Origin: Octopus vulgaris
Taxonomy: Eukaryota
Length of the DNA: 64,000 nt
Assembly: GCA_951406725.2 (NCBI GenBank)
Contig: OX597814.1
Span: 203,298,001 to 203,362,000 of the forward strand
Reading direction: 5' to 3'
Below, one piece after another: positions 12,606 to 23,867 of this stretch. The position numbers and the translations under genes were made by a program. Numbering within the stretch: the first letter of the stretch is position 1; the number at the start of each line of letters is the position of its first letter. The notes beneath the pieces were generated by a model. The model did no database searches. It saw nothing but the letters and a program-made list of their open reading frames with translations, and was not told where the DNA came from.

Positions 12606-14742
12606 TACACATTTATATACACACATTCCCCCCCACCACCACCACTAAACCTTCAACATCATGGACATGTATATTCATTTTCTTTCATGCCATAACTGTT
12701 CCACATGTTAATTTTCCATATCCACACATTTCTTTAATCACTCCATATCAGAGTTTCATGAATTTATCATCAAAATCTTTGTTTCAATTTCAAGACCTTA
12801 TTTATTGCTCCTCTTCTGTTTGGTTTATTTTGGGGTCTTTTTTCCCTTTATTCTTCTTTTTGATGCGATTCTCTTGACTCTCTCTCGCTTCCATTTAAGT
12901 GACGGAGACCTGGATCATGTGTGTTCTGTCTCATGGTTACTAAAAACTGTTAGGGTTGTCAACTCTCCATTTATCATAATGCTGTATTTCAGATGCACAC
13001 AGCAAAGACCTTGACAGATGCCTCCAGAAGAGGACCAATACCATGAAGCTATTCATGATAAACATTCCCTACCTCAATAAGTATGACTAACTCCATCAGA
13101 ATGCTACAAGAGTTAAGACACACATACACTCATGCTTTCACTTTTATTTTTATCAAAACAGGCTGTTGTCCTGGATACAGATCATAAAAGCAAACCATAA
13201 ATCTTGTACACAAAATGAAATATTAAAGAATATGCAGTTATTTAGCTGTAAACTGTTTGCTTTTTTCTGTCAAAATCTGGTAAGTAAAATAAACTCCAGT
13301 GATGTAGTGAATATTATTATTAGAAAATCCATTGCCTAAAACTGTTTATAACAGATTATGGCAGTTAAACATAAAATATTAGTTACAGAATAGTTTCCAA
13401 CTAATAGATTGAAAATGATACAAGAACAAAACTGTTGTGAGATTGAATGTGTCAGTTTGACTCAATGAGATAATAATGTCACCTGATTATGGGTAGTGGT
13501 AAGTTTGGCTGGTGAACAGCCAGTAGAGATTAAATAATATCCTCATACAGGACTTAGTGCTAAATTTGTTGGCAAACTACTTCCCAAGTTTCTGTTTGCT
13601 TGTAACATTGCCATCTTTTATAAAAAAGAGAGTGTAAAGAATTAGTTTTATTTTTTACGTTAACTTAGAGACTAAATAATTGTCAAAATATTTTGCTTGT
13701 TTTGATAACAATTGTTATTAGTTACTCTGTGAAAGAGGAACTATACAGCTGGTTTTCACAGCATTTCACAGTGAAGTTTATGGAGATGATATTGAGTTTG
13801 AAGCTGTACACATGTAAAAATAAGTCACAGTAAAGATTGGGGAAGATGTTTAGTGTGACATGAGAGTGAAACAGTGATTTATTTTAGCCAGTGTGGGTGG
13901 AGCCCTGCTAGCAGACAAACATGAATAGAAAGTGGACAGGGAGGCAAATTAAGAGGAAGTTGACAAATTCAGAGGAGCAGATGAGACAAAATAATACAGC
14001 ATGTCAGTAAATGGATATAGTGATGATAAAGGCTTGTTTATCAGATGGATGATCATGGTTGTAAGCAGATTACATATGATGGCTATGCTATCATAGATGT
14101 GTTGTTTAGCCTTAGAGCAACCCTGATTAATCAGACCTAAGAAGAAAAGCCTTCCAGCTATGACTATCCATCTTATTTTCAGGATCAGTGTACCTAGGAC
14201 CACACTACTGATTTTGTTGCCCCAATGTGAAATGAAGTGTCTTGTTCAAAGACAAAACACTCTCCCCAATCCTGGAACCAAACTCACAAACTTATTTTCG
14301 TGAGACCAATGCATGCTGTGTATTCTCCATTCGTCTCTTTTACTTCTACAGCGGTCTCTGCTTGTCTGAACTTGCCAACTGTATGATACCCACCAGATGT
14401 GTCTACTTGAAATAGGAAATGTATTTGCAATTAAACAAGAGTCAGAAACTAGTCTGATCTGAAGTAGTTTCTCTGCTGAAAATGTAACTTGTTGATTCTT
14501 ATAGATGTATGTTTGGCACGAAAGGTTATCGAATATTAGGAAGATTAGAGAGAATATAGATTTTAATTTGTATAGTTCATGAATAGAGAAGGTAGGAGTA
14601 ACATTGTTTCTTTGATGTGTAATGACTGGATGAGGCAAGAGGGTTGCTTAGTGCTGTTGTAGAAAAAAACTAGTAGAAGTTATTACATATCAACACTGTC
14701 TATGAGTGAGAGGATAAAGAGGAGCTAACAGTGGAATATGTA

Positions 14743-14958
14743 CAAGGGGATGCTGAAAAGTTGCTGGCTTTAAGGATAGCACAAAAAGCCTGGTTGGAGG
14801 CCCAACCTTTAGAGTCCTTTTACAGAGTTAGAAAAACTGAGGGTTTGCTGCAATAAGAATGTGAATCTGCAAGGCAAATATGCTGGATAAAATCATAATT
14901 AACTGATACTCCTGTATTTTCTGTTACCCAAAGCCAGAAACTTTTCAGCACCAACTTG
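14743..14958. mobile_element. Tc1/mariner-type MITE
   Basis: TIRs CAAGGGGATGCTGAAAAGTT and AACTTTTCAGCACCAACTTG with TA flanks. An inverted copy lies at 26695-26910. Confidence 0.7.
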
Positions 14959-15439
14959 TAGTTCATCATCTGACATCCATTGTCCATGCTGGCACGGGCT
15001 GGACGGTTTGACCAGACCCGTCTGATTTGGCATGGCTGGATGCTCTTCCTAACGCCAACCACTCAGAGTGTAATGGGTGCTTTTACATGCCACCAGGCAT
15101 GTGCCAGTTGCCAAACACCAGTATCTGCCACAACTCCAATTGCACTTGGCTTGATGGGTCTTCTACTTAAGCATGGCATATTGCCAAAAGGTCTGTCATT
15201 TGTCATTGCTTCCGTGAGGTCCAATGCTCAAAAGGTGCTTTTTAAATGCCACGACTACAATTTCACTTGGCTTGACAGGTCTTCTCAAGCACAGCATATC
15301 GCCAAAGGTCTTGGTCACTTGCCATTGCTTCCATGGTGATTGTTAATGGTCAGAGGAAAGCACATTAGATTATCTTAAACTCTTGTACGTTGCAAACATA
15401 TACTGCTGTGTGGTTAAATTATTATTCACTTAACCTCTC

Positions 15440-15650
15440 CTGATTTATCTCAGCTCCATCCTGCACTTTAGAGATGCAACACTTCCCCTCAATATGTGCT
15501 GTTCCAAGTATTGCTACCAACTGAAAACTTCCTATAAAGTTTGTTATTTGCAACTTTTGATGCCAGAATATTACTTTCTTTGAGATGGTCCCGAGTGTAC
15601 CAATCACAATAGGTACCACACTCACTTTTGAGGTTTTGGTACCTCCCAAC
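15440..15650 (-). mobile_element. R4/Dong-like (restriction-like endonuclease) non-LTR retrotransposon 3' fragment
   Basis: VSVVPIVIGTLGTI...FQLVAILGTAHI resembles the RLE-clade C-terminus VVP.VIGALG...LQK..LLGTA.ILR. Confidence 0.65.
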
Positions 15651-16139
15651 TTTTTTGTCTGGTCTTCACAACAGCTGAGCCCAAATTTCTCAGGCCTGTT
15701 CATGCAATTTACTAGGAAAACCATTTAGTTGAAACTTACTTATTCCAACAATATGCAAATATCCCAATTTACAAATTCCCACTCTCTGTTGGCCTAAATA
15801 TACATTTATGTAACCTAGGTGTGAATTGCGATGACCACAAATGTTGATGGTGCCACTGAAGGAAAATAAATGTCTTGCTGTTAGAAAGAATTTAAAAATT
15901 AGCTTATCAGTGTACGAATAAAAATCAGAGTAACCTTCATAATTTTATTGAATTAGGTGCATATTCTGCCATAAAAGGAAAATGTAACTATTGATATGTC
16001 GCTGAATTCACTTGTACCCAATCTTTCAGAATATCCATCACAAACATCAACAGAGAAAGCTTGCCTCCCTTCTCCCTAGCCTTCACTCAAAACTAAAAAA
16101 GTTACTATTTCCTGAGGCTCTGAAACATTTCAAAAAAAT

Positions 16140-16310
16140 CTAGTTTATGAATACACTTAAACTTGTGTGTCTATGTAGTCTCACCATGTGGGGAATGATT
16201 ACCTACTCTTTCCTTCATATCAGGCAAGCCCAATTCACAGATCATAGCTATGGGAACTAAGTCATCAGCATACGTGAATTCCCATAGACAACCAGTTATG
16301 TTTGCTTTTC
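16140..16310 (-). mobile_element. RTE reverse transcriptase fragment
   Basis: Minus strand reads GCLWEFTYADDLV, containing the RT YADD motif. Confidence 0.6.
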
Positions 16311-18052
16311 ATTACGCATGTTGAAATCACAAACAATGCTGCACAGCTGGGTTGACAGTACAATGAGATAGGTTAAGAATGGGGAAAACGATAATAAAAT
16401 GGAGAAATTGCAAAAGTCGAGGAATGCTTGTTTTTGAAAAGAAAGAATAACATTTTTAACAAGTGATCACTTAGGGTGACACGAGAACAGCTTTCTTCTC
16501 AGTTTCAAATAACAAACATGGGCAAGAGTAGGGAAAAGTGAGGAAACAATAAGAAAAAATCCCTGCTGGCATGAACCACCCCCCATATGCGCTGCATTAT
16601 CTCCCTCTAATAATAACTTAAGCTCATCCCAATACTAAATTGCAAAAGACACCCTTCCTGTTTACCTTCTAAATGATTTAAACCCGGCCGAAACATTTTT
16701 TGGTTCATAAGACCAACCCAGCCAGGAGTACCCTTTGTTATTTCACTTTGTAAATAGTTGAGCTATAGTATCTGACATTGCTTGACATGATACCTGAACT
16801 CAGTGAATTTTGGGAGATTTTTTTCCACATTGATTTATTTTTCAACTTTGAAAATAGATAAGAGTTTCGTGCTATCAAGCAGTGATTCTGAATTTAAAGG
16901 TTTTGCAACAGAAAATATAGAGATATTGAGAAAAAGAATGAATAAGGTACAAAAGCACGTGGTGTATGAGAATGAATAGGATATTTCTGTATCTGAAACC
17001 AAAAGCAGTGAATCTGGAGAAACTGAAAGCGGTGATAGCAACAGTAAAGACAATTTTACATCAGAATGAAGTAAAAACTTTTAAAATGTTTTTATTAGCA
17101 ATTTTTCTGAGATGAGGTCTATCCAACAGTCTTTCTTCGGAAGCGAAGGCATTAGACTTTTATTTTTTTCAGTATGCCTGTTTGAAGCAAGCACTATGGA
17201 AACAAACAGTATATGCCAGGAAAGTCCACGAAATGGGGGATCAAAGTTTGGAAAATTTGTGAAGCAAATACTGGGTACTGCTGTGGATTTAGTTTTTATA
17301 CAGGGAAAATAACGTTAGTCAGCATGGCCTAGGGTACGATGCGGTCTGGAATTTATCACTTCCATACCATAACCAGAGCCGTATATTATTTTTTGACATT
17401 TTTTTTTTAGTTCGGTCAAACTTGCGGTGGATTCCAGTATGGAACACCTGTGATGTGCACAATTCTTCTATATCAAAATTTTGTCGCATACCCAATTGAA
17501 TATTAGCTGATGATTCATTTTCTATGGTGATGTTGAAACAAAATTTTAATATTTTAAACTTTTGCTCAGTTTACCTGTAATTAGAGTCACTTTGAGACAA
17601 AAGTTATGCAATAGAATTGATTAAGAACCCTTTCTTTAATCATGTTCCAAATATCACATTAATATGTTGATAAATAAGAAAGTTAAACTTGTTTAATGAA
17701 ACTAGTCTGAATTTATAATTATTTTAGAATTTAATTGAAACTCATGAGGGGTGTATTTTGGTCAGGGTTAAAGGCAAACATTTTACCAAATTTTCCAGCA
17801 TTTTAAAAATCGTTACAAAAGCAATCGATCTCAACAGAAATGTGGTAAAAGAATTGAGGACTATTTTACCAGTGAAAGTTTTGACTTCAATATTGTAGAA
17901 GTGTTTCGACACAACAGAGCATGTGTGTGGGAGAAGTGGGCACAGTCGTAAAAGACATGCCTGTATAGATGGATGGTCGCGATTTTACTGAGCTCACATC
18001 AGGTATATGTAATATATAAAAAAAAAGGAAGGCAAGCATTTAAAAAATTTTT

Positions 18053-18058
18053 TTTATT
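18053..18058 (-). terminator. Candidate polyadenylation signal for eIF1
   Basis: AATAAA on the minus strand ~230 nt downstream of the eIF1 stop codon. Confidence 0.45.
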
Positions 18059-18286
18059 AATTGCATACAAAAAAATGTAATAAAGCACTAAAAGACAGCC
18101 ATTCCCATATAATGGGATAAAATTTGCATAGGTATCATGGACAGTGATTCAGCTGAATTCAGTGAAGATCTAATTTAAAAGAAAAAATTAGGATGGACAA
18201 ATACATCAACGGCCAATAAATACATTGCTACCTGTTTTGAAGGTCCAAGTACATAGTAGCAATAGGTGCTGGATCAGCAGAGGTAC

Positions 18287-18301
18287 TTAGAAACCATGTA
18301 C
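18287..18301 (-). CDS. EIF1: eIF1/SUI1 coding exon 4 (VHGF*)
   Basis: ttttag|GTA CAT GGT TTC TAA gives the conserved eIF1 C-terminus after a 101-nt GT-AG intron (18402-18302). Confidence 0.93.
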   Translation of the reverse strand, partial: VHGF

Positions 18302-18402
18302 CTAAAACGAAACGAAACATCACAAGATAATTACAGGAAAGAATTTAAATGACATACATACAAATGGTCTTCAATAAAAAATAGAGAAATAACCATAGTT
18401 AC

Positions 18403-18534
18403 CTTCAACTGGTCATCTTTGGCAATCTTGTGATTCTTCAGAAAATCCTTTATGTTGATTCTCTGATCTCCTTGCAACTGTATAACTTCCCCGTACTCAG
18501 GATGGTCCACTACAGTACCATTACAGGCGAATTC
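18403..18534 (-). CDS. EIF1: eIF1/SUI1 coding exon 3
   Basis: EFACNGTVVDHPEYGEVIQLQGDQRINIKDFLKNHKIAKDDQLK (132 nt), acceptor taacag and donor gtaact; SUI1 signature motifs. Confidence 0.96.
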
Positions 18535-18650
18535 CTGTTAAAAGCACAACTTCCGTTAACAATACAGAAACACTTATCAAAATTAATACAACAATTGACA
18601 AAAGAAATTACGTCATAAGGGACAAGACACTTGATGCCAACCAAACTTAC

Positions 18651-18811
18651 TTTCTTGCAGGCCTTGACTATCTTTTTTAAGTCAAATTGCGTCGAGATTC
18701 CTTGCACAGTAGTTAGGGTTTTTCGCCCGTTTCTCTGTTGAATCCGAATATGAATTATACTGTCTTGAGCGCCAGAACCACCACCAACATCGTCGCTGGC
18801 AGGCTTCAGAT
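18651..18811 (-). CDS. EIF1: eIF1/SUI1 coding exon 2
   Basis: (D)LKPASDDVGGGSGAQDSIIHIRIQQRNGRKTLTTVQGISTQFDLKKIVKACKK (161 nt), acceptor tttcag and donor gtaagt. IHIRIQQRNGRKTLTTVQG is diagnostic of eIF1. Confidence 0.96.
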
Positions 18812-18966
18812 CTGAAACAATAAAAAATTCCTTAAATCAGATTTCAGTAACAGCTACCTGACTGCGCATGCACCTGTCAGCCTACTCTAATTAGACACAA
18901 ATGACAACAGTTTGCTTTACATTCACTTTAAAATGTAAGTTTTCAATCAGAAATAAACCAAAAATG

Positions 18967-19505
18967 CAGGGTGTCCACAAATTACCTTTACAATTTGAAA
19001 AATTTAGAAAAAAATGAAAGTTCTTGTGCAAAACTTTGTGAATTGTGGATGGTGGTAAACTTAACTGTCTACTTGCAGTACGAATAGACTTAGTTGGAGT
19101 ACGGTGAAATGCTGCTCGAATTCGCTCAACATCTTCTACAGATGTTCTTGGTCGACCAGCCCCTGATCTGTGTAGTACGCTCCCTGTTTCCATAAACTTT
19201 TTATACCAGGCACGGATGCTTACACGACTCGGTGGTTCATTCCCATACATTGCCCGGTACTTCCGCTGGACCTGAGTGTCTGATTTGGTCTCTATGAACC
19301 AAGATACACATTGTGCTTTCTCTTGTGGTGTTGTCATTTTCATTAAAAGTCAGGGATAATAATATACACCTTCAAAGACAAATGAAAGCGATCCAATTAT
19401 TAAAACAAAGTACATCAATTAACACTTTCATAATATTTAACATGTAATGAAGTTGATTGATAGATCTCAACTTTACTAGATACAAGATAATTTATGGACA
19501 CGCTG
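18967..19505 (-). mobile_element. Internally deleted Tc1/mariner element in eIF1 intron 1, retaining the transposase HTH ORF
   Basis: TIRs CAGGGTGTCCACAAATTA and TAATTTATGGACACGCTG. ORF MTTPQEKAQCVSWF...PPSRVSIRAWYKKFMETGSV..SGAGRPRTS...SIRTASRQL encodes a bipartite HTH; no DDE domain. Confidence 0.85.
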
Positions 19506-19769
19506 CATAAAATAAAATTTTCTATACTACTTACTGACTAGATAAATAACTGAGAATGTACATATAGTTATTTATAAAGTCTAATCCAATATCGTCACTC
19601 TTAGACAAAGGTGCCTAAGAACAGTAAAAGCTATAAAAATAAGGATGATGGGTAGTTAGATGTAGACTTAAATATATAAGTATGCCACATATATAAAAGT
19701 TCTGACCGTATTTAAAGGCTCAATTAAACAATACGAAAAAAAATTTGGTTTATTTAATTGCTAAGTCTT

Positions 19770-20700
19770 CCCTGTGACCTCATTTCACCTGTCAATGAGC
19801 TATTTAATAACACGTTTTTAAGATTTTTTAGGTTTAGAAGTGAAAAGGGAAATTGACTCATTTTCGACTTCAAGTCTTAATCCACTCAAATGATTTTAAC
19901 TTCTAAAGAGGTATTAATCTGTAGGTGCGGGATCCAGTGAATATGGTGGGAGATGCATAATTTTCTATGAGCTCTTAGGTCTTTTCTGTAGGGCGAGGTC
20001 AAGTGTTATCATGATGAAGCATGACTCCTTTTCTGTTTGCTAATGATGGATGCTTTTGTTGCAAAGCTACTTTCAAGCGTGTTAGCAGTATACATCGGCT
20101 GTTCTTCTTGTTAGATTATCGTTTGAAAGCCATGATTAATTATTTCACGCATATACCACCAGACACCCAGGAAAACCTTCCTTGGAAGCAGATCACTTCA
20201 GGGCTGTTGAACTGGATCTTCACCACCACTGTGCCACTGACGTTTTTGCTTTACATTATGGTAAAGTATCCACTTTTCTTTTTCAGTAATGACTTTTCAA
20301 AAAAGGCATTTGCAACTCACGAGATCCATTTTCTAACCTTTGACACTTTTACAAAGCCTTTTCAATTAACGGTGAATGGTGGTATGGCTCACGTTGAAGT
20401 CTGTGCTTAGTTCCTCAACTGTAACAATCAGATGTGTTTCAACAGTAGGTTCCAACGCATCAAGATCCAACCCTCTTGGGCGCCCTTTCTTGGTTCATTC
20501 TGAAGGCTGTAGTCCAGGTTTCTGTATCATGAAAACCATCTGCTGCACGTTCTTTCAATCACTACGCCATCACCATAAGTGTTTGGGAATGATTTTGCTG
20601 CTACACTTGCATTATTATTGCCTGTCTTTCGTTTTCACCCGCAGAAATGTCAAACTCGGGCATATGGGATCATATGATTGTTCGTGAATTTCCGTAATTT
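19770..20700 (-). mobile_element. Degenerate mariner transposase remnant in eIF1 intron 1
   Basis: Minus strand HLPPYSLDPAP at ~19925-19958 (cf. HPPYSPDLAP), plus GRP and LHD-like segments; many disablements. Confidence 0.7.
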
Positions 20701-20913
20701 TTTAATTTACTATTCGCGCTCCGTTTTCAGGTCAATGTATTTGTAGTCAGTCACATGCACACATACAAATGTATTTTTGTATGTACGTATGTATACACAC
20801 ACACACACCAATATGATAGAGTCTGACATATCAAGACATTTCTGGGGTAGAAAACGGAAGATGGCTGCATTATTCCCTTTTTGAAATTCATAAAGCGACG
20901 ATTAAGTGCTTTA

Positions 20914-21317
20914 CTCCGAGTGAACATGGGACCAATATAAGTTCGATTATGGTAAAATTGACAAAATCGGCAAAATTTTTCGATATGGAAATTGATATAA
21001 TTTCGCCGTATTTCAAATAGAGTCGAAAATCCTTATAATTTACCAAATCGAAAAGTAGTCAATTTGTTCTCATCGGTTAAAAAAAATAATATAAAACGGT
21101 TATACATGTAATGTGGTTTTTACTATTACATATAACAGGCGGAGTTTAATATAGGGAAGGCGGTTAGACACATAGGGGAATATTGTAAAAGTGAGTAAAG
21201 TAAAATGAGGAAATACCGATTATGGTTAATAGTACATTTAATCACTAAATAGAACAATATTGAATATATGCTGATAACAACCAACTAATGGATTTCAGAC
21301 TAGAAATATTTAAAAAT
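20914..21317 (+). repeat. ~400-bp dispersed repeat, copy 1 (CpG retained)
   Basis: Colinear similarity to 30745-31119, e.g. CTTATAATTTACCAAATC.AAAAGTAGTCAATTTGTTCTCATC. Confidence 0.85.
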
Positions 21318-21745
21318 GCAGAGGCACTGAAAAGAAGGAATAAAACGAGGAAGTGAAATGGGTTTTTGGCGGAAGTTGTGACCGGTTTTTCATGGCGTGA
21401 TCCAGAAGTTAGGAAATTTTTGAAAACTTTTCTTTTCATAATCGTATGAAATCCCGTGTGGAGAACACAAATTCGCTAATTTTTTTCTGAAAATACCAAA
21501 CATGATCGAAAGTTGTGAGAAGTTATAAACTAATTTCGCCGGATTAAAAAAAAGAATTTTTTTTTTTTTTTGTTGAAGATGAAAAAACATGGCGAAGAAA
21601 GCAAAGAAAAGCCATGAAGAAATGAATCATCGCGAAATCCATGAAGAAAACGGTTCTTCATTTTTATATTTCGTAATATTCGATTTTAGCGGCCTATTTT
21701 TATAGGAATGGTTAGGATTTTTAAGTGAAAATATTCGCTACTTAC

Positions 21746-21773
21746 CTAAAGAAAGGCTCGGGATACTGGTCAT
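21746..21773 (-). CDS. EIF1: eIF1/SUI1 coding exon 1 (MTSIPSLSL + G)
   Basis: ATG at 21773 and a strong TAG|gtaagt donor. Phase 1 joins exon 2 (G+AT = Asp) to give a 336-nt CDS (111 aa), a typical eIF1 length. It lies in a CpG-rich region with no upstream ATG for ~250 nt. Confidence 0.8.
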
Positions 21774-22070
21774 ACAGCAGGTAGTGTTATTCCACCAAGA
21801 GATATCAAACCCCGACGGTGAGGGGTGGAAAAGAGTTTTTTCTGGAGTTAAAAACGGGAACGAAGACGAACCGATACACACAGAGGAAGACCTTGTGTGT
21901 ATGTATCAACTTGTTGATGGGTTTTGAGAGAAAAAACAGAAGAATTCAAAAGAAAAAATAGAGTTGGGGGAAAAACTGAAAATTAAGTTAAGAAGATAAG
22001 AAACAAACAAGCGCGAAGACCAGACTTAACATTTCAGCCAATCAGAACCAAGTCTCACTAAAAGTTCGAG
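21774..22070 (-). promoter_or_regulatory. eIF1 5' leader and proximal promoter
   Basis: AUG-free, pyrimidine-rich leader on the minus strand, AGCCAATCAG (CCAAT box) at ~22036-22045, and retained CpGs. The TSS cannot be fixed from sequence. Confidence 0.55.
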
Positions 22071-22072
22071 AA

Positions 22073-23301
22073 TAACGCAGAGAGTTTAGTAACCAATCCT
22101 TTTTTTTGTTAATTAACTATATTTATTTTTTTCATCTCACCGAAATGTAATTTCAATGAATTAAATTTTATTTTGAACATGAAATTTTATTTTATTTTTG
22201 CTATTATTAATTTTTCTCATAACTAAGCTTAACGCAGAGAGTTTAGTAACAAATCCTTTTTTTTTTTATTAACTATATTTATTTTTTCATCTCACCGAAA
22301 TGTAATTTCAATGAATTAAGTTTTATTTTGAACATGAAATTTTATATTATTTTTGCTATTATTAATTTTTCTCATAACAAAGCTTAACGCAGAGAGTTTA
22401 GTAACCAATCCTTTTTCTTTTAATTAACTATATTTATTTTTTCATCTCACCGAAATGTAATTTCAACGAATTAAATTTTATTTTGAACATGAAATTTTAT
22501 ATTATTTTTGCTATTATTAATTTTTCTCATAACAAAGCTTAACGCAGAGAGTTTAGTAACTAATCCTTTTTTTTTTAATTAACTATATTTATTTTTTTCA
22601 ACTCACCGAAATGTAATTTCAACGAATTAAATTTTATTTTGAACATGAAATTTTATATTATTTTTGCTATTATTAATTTTTCTCATAACAAAGCTTAACG
22701 CAGAGAGTTTAGTAACTAATCCTTTTTTTTTAATTAACTATATTTATTTTTTTCAACTCACCGAAATGTAATTTCAACGAATTAAATTTTATTTTGAACA
22801 TGAAATTTTATATTATTTTTGCTATTATTAATTTTTCTCATAACAAAGCTTAACGCAGAGAGTTTAGTAACTAATCCTTTTTTTTTAATTAACTATATTT
22901 ATTTTTTTCAACTCACCGAAATGTAATTTCAACGAATTAAATTTTATTTTGAACATGAAATTTTATATTATTTTTGCTATTATTAATTTTTCTCATAACA
23001 AAGCTTAACGCAGAGAGTTTAGTAACTAATCCTTTTTTTTTAATTAACTATATTTATTTTTTTCATCTCACCGAAATGTAATTTCAATAAATTAAATTTT
23101 ATTTTGAACATGAAATTTTATATTATTTTTGCTGTTATTAATTTTTCTCATAACAAAGCTTAACGCAGAGAGTTTAGTAACAAATCCTTTTTTTTTTAAT
23201 TAACTATATTTATTTTTTTCATCTCACCGAAATGTAATTTCTATGAATTAAATTTTACTTCGCCTATTTTTGCTATAATTAATTTTTCTCATAACAAAGC
23301 T
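22073..23301. repeat. AT-rich minisatellite, 8 copies of ~155 bp
   Basis: Unit TAACGCAGAGAGTTTAGTAAC.AATCC... starts at 22073, 22230, 22385, 22540, 22696, 22851, 23006 and 23161. The last copy is internally shortened, and AAGCTT spans the unit junctions. Confidence 0.95.
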
Positions 23302-23699
23302 ATTTACCACATGTGCCGGTCTATTCTTTTTTTTTTTTAATCGTTTTAACTATAAACGTCCTGTTTTAAAAAATACATGACAGACATATTAGTATTAGTA
23401 AAATTATCCTTTACTTATTTACGTAACGGTTTCACAGCTGAGCCAAAATTGCCATGATTAATAGATGAATAACGTGTGTTTGTATGTACAAGTGACAATA
23501 CATAGAAGTTCCTATGAAAGTTATTCGTATTCATTGCTTGTTGATCTATTGATAATTTGCAAGCAATCATTATCCAAAATGTATCGACACTTTTTTTTTC
23601 TCCTTCCCACTCCTTTCACATGATTAATTGTACATATTTAATTTTCTTCGTTATTGTAGTTTTATCAAATGTGTTATAAATGATTACCAAAAAGAAAAA

Positions 23700-23867
23700 A
23701 AATGCCCCGCCTTGAATTTATTAAAGCATGATAAAATTAGATATTTCGACCATAAAAATATTAGTGTAGGGAGCGATCCGTATTTCACTTGTGTTTTACA
23801 TACAAAAAAAAAAAAGAAGAAATTAGTTATGGCGAACCTCTTAAATCCAGTCAGCAACTCGTATTAA
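23700..23867 (+). other. Candidate first exon of a divergently transcribed gene, ending in a 12-codon ORF (23829-23867)
   Basis: GCCCCGCC box at ~23704, retained CpGs, then GTT-ATG-GCG...TAT-TAA followed immediately by the consensus donor GTAAGT at 23868. The start coordinate is a guess. Confidence 0.45.

Noticed and set aside
16680-17771. Possible larger piggyBac remnant with an acidic N-terminal coding stretch
   Set aside because: It ends in GGGTTAA and shares bits with the MITEs, but no catalytic motif or matching left TIR could be established.
18510-18707. 65-aa ORF from the track
   Set aside because: It is part of eIF1 exon 2 read through into intron 2; the spliced model replaces it.
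22073-23301. Regularly spaced repeat as a CRISPR array
   Set aside because: Whole ~155-bp units are repeated with no variable spacers; it is a minisatellite.
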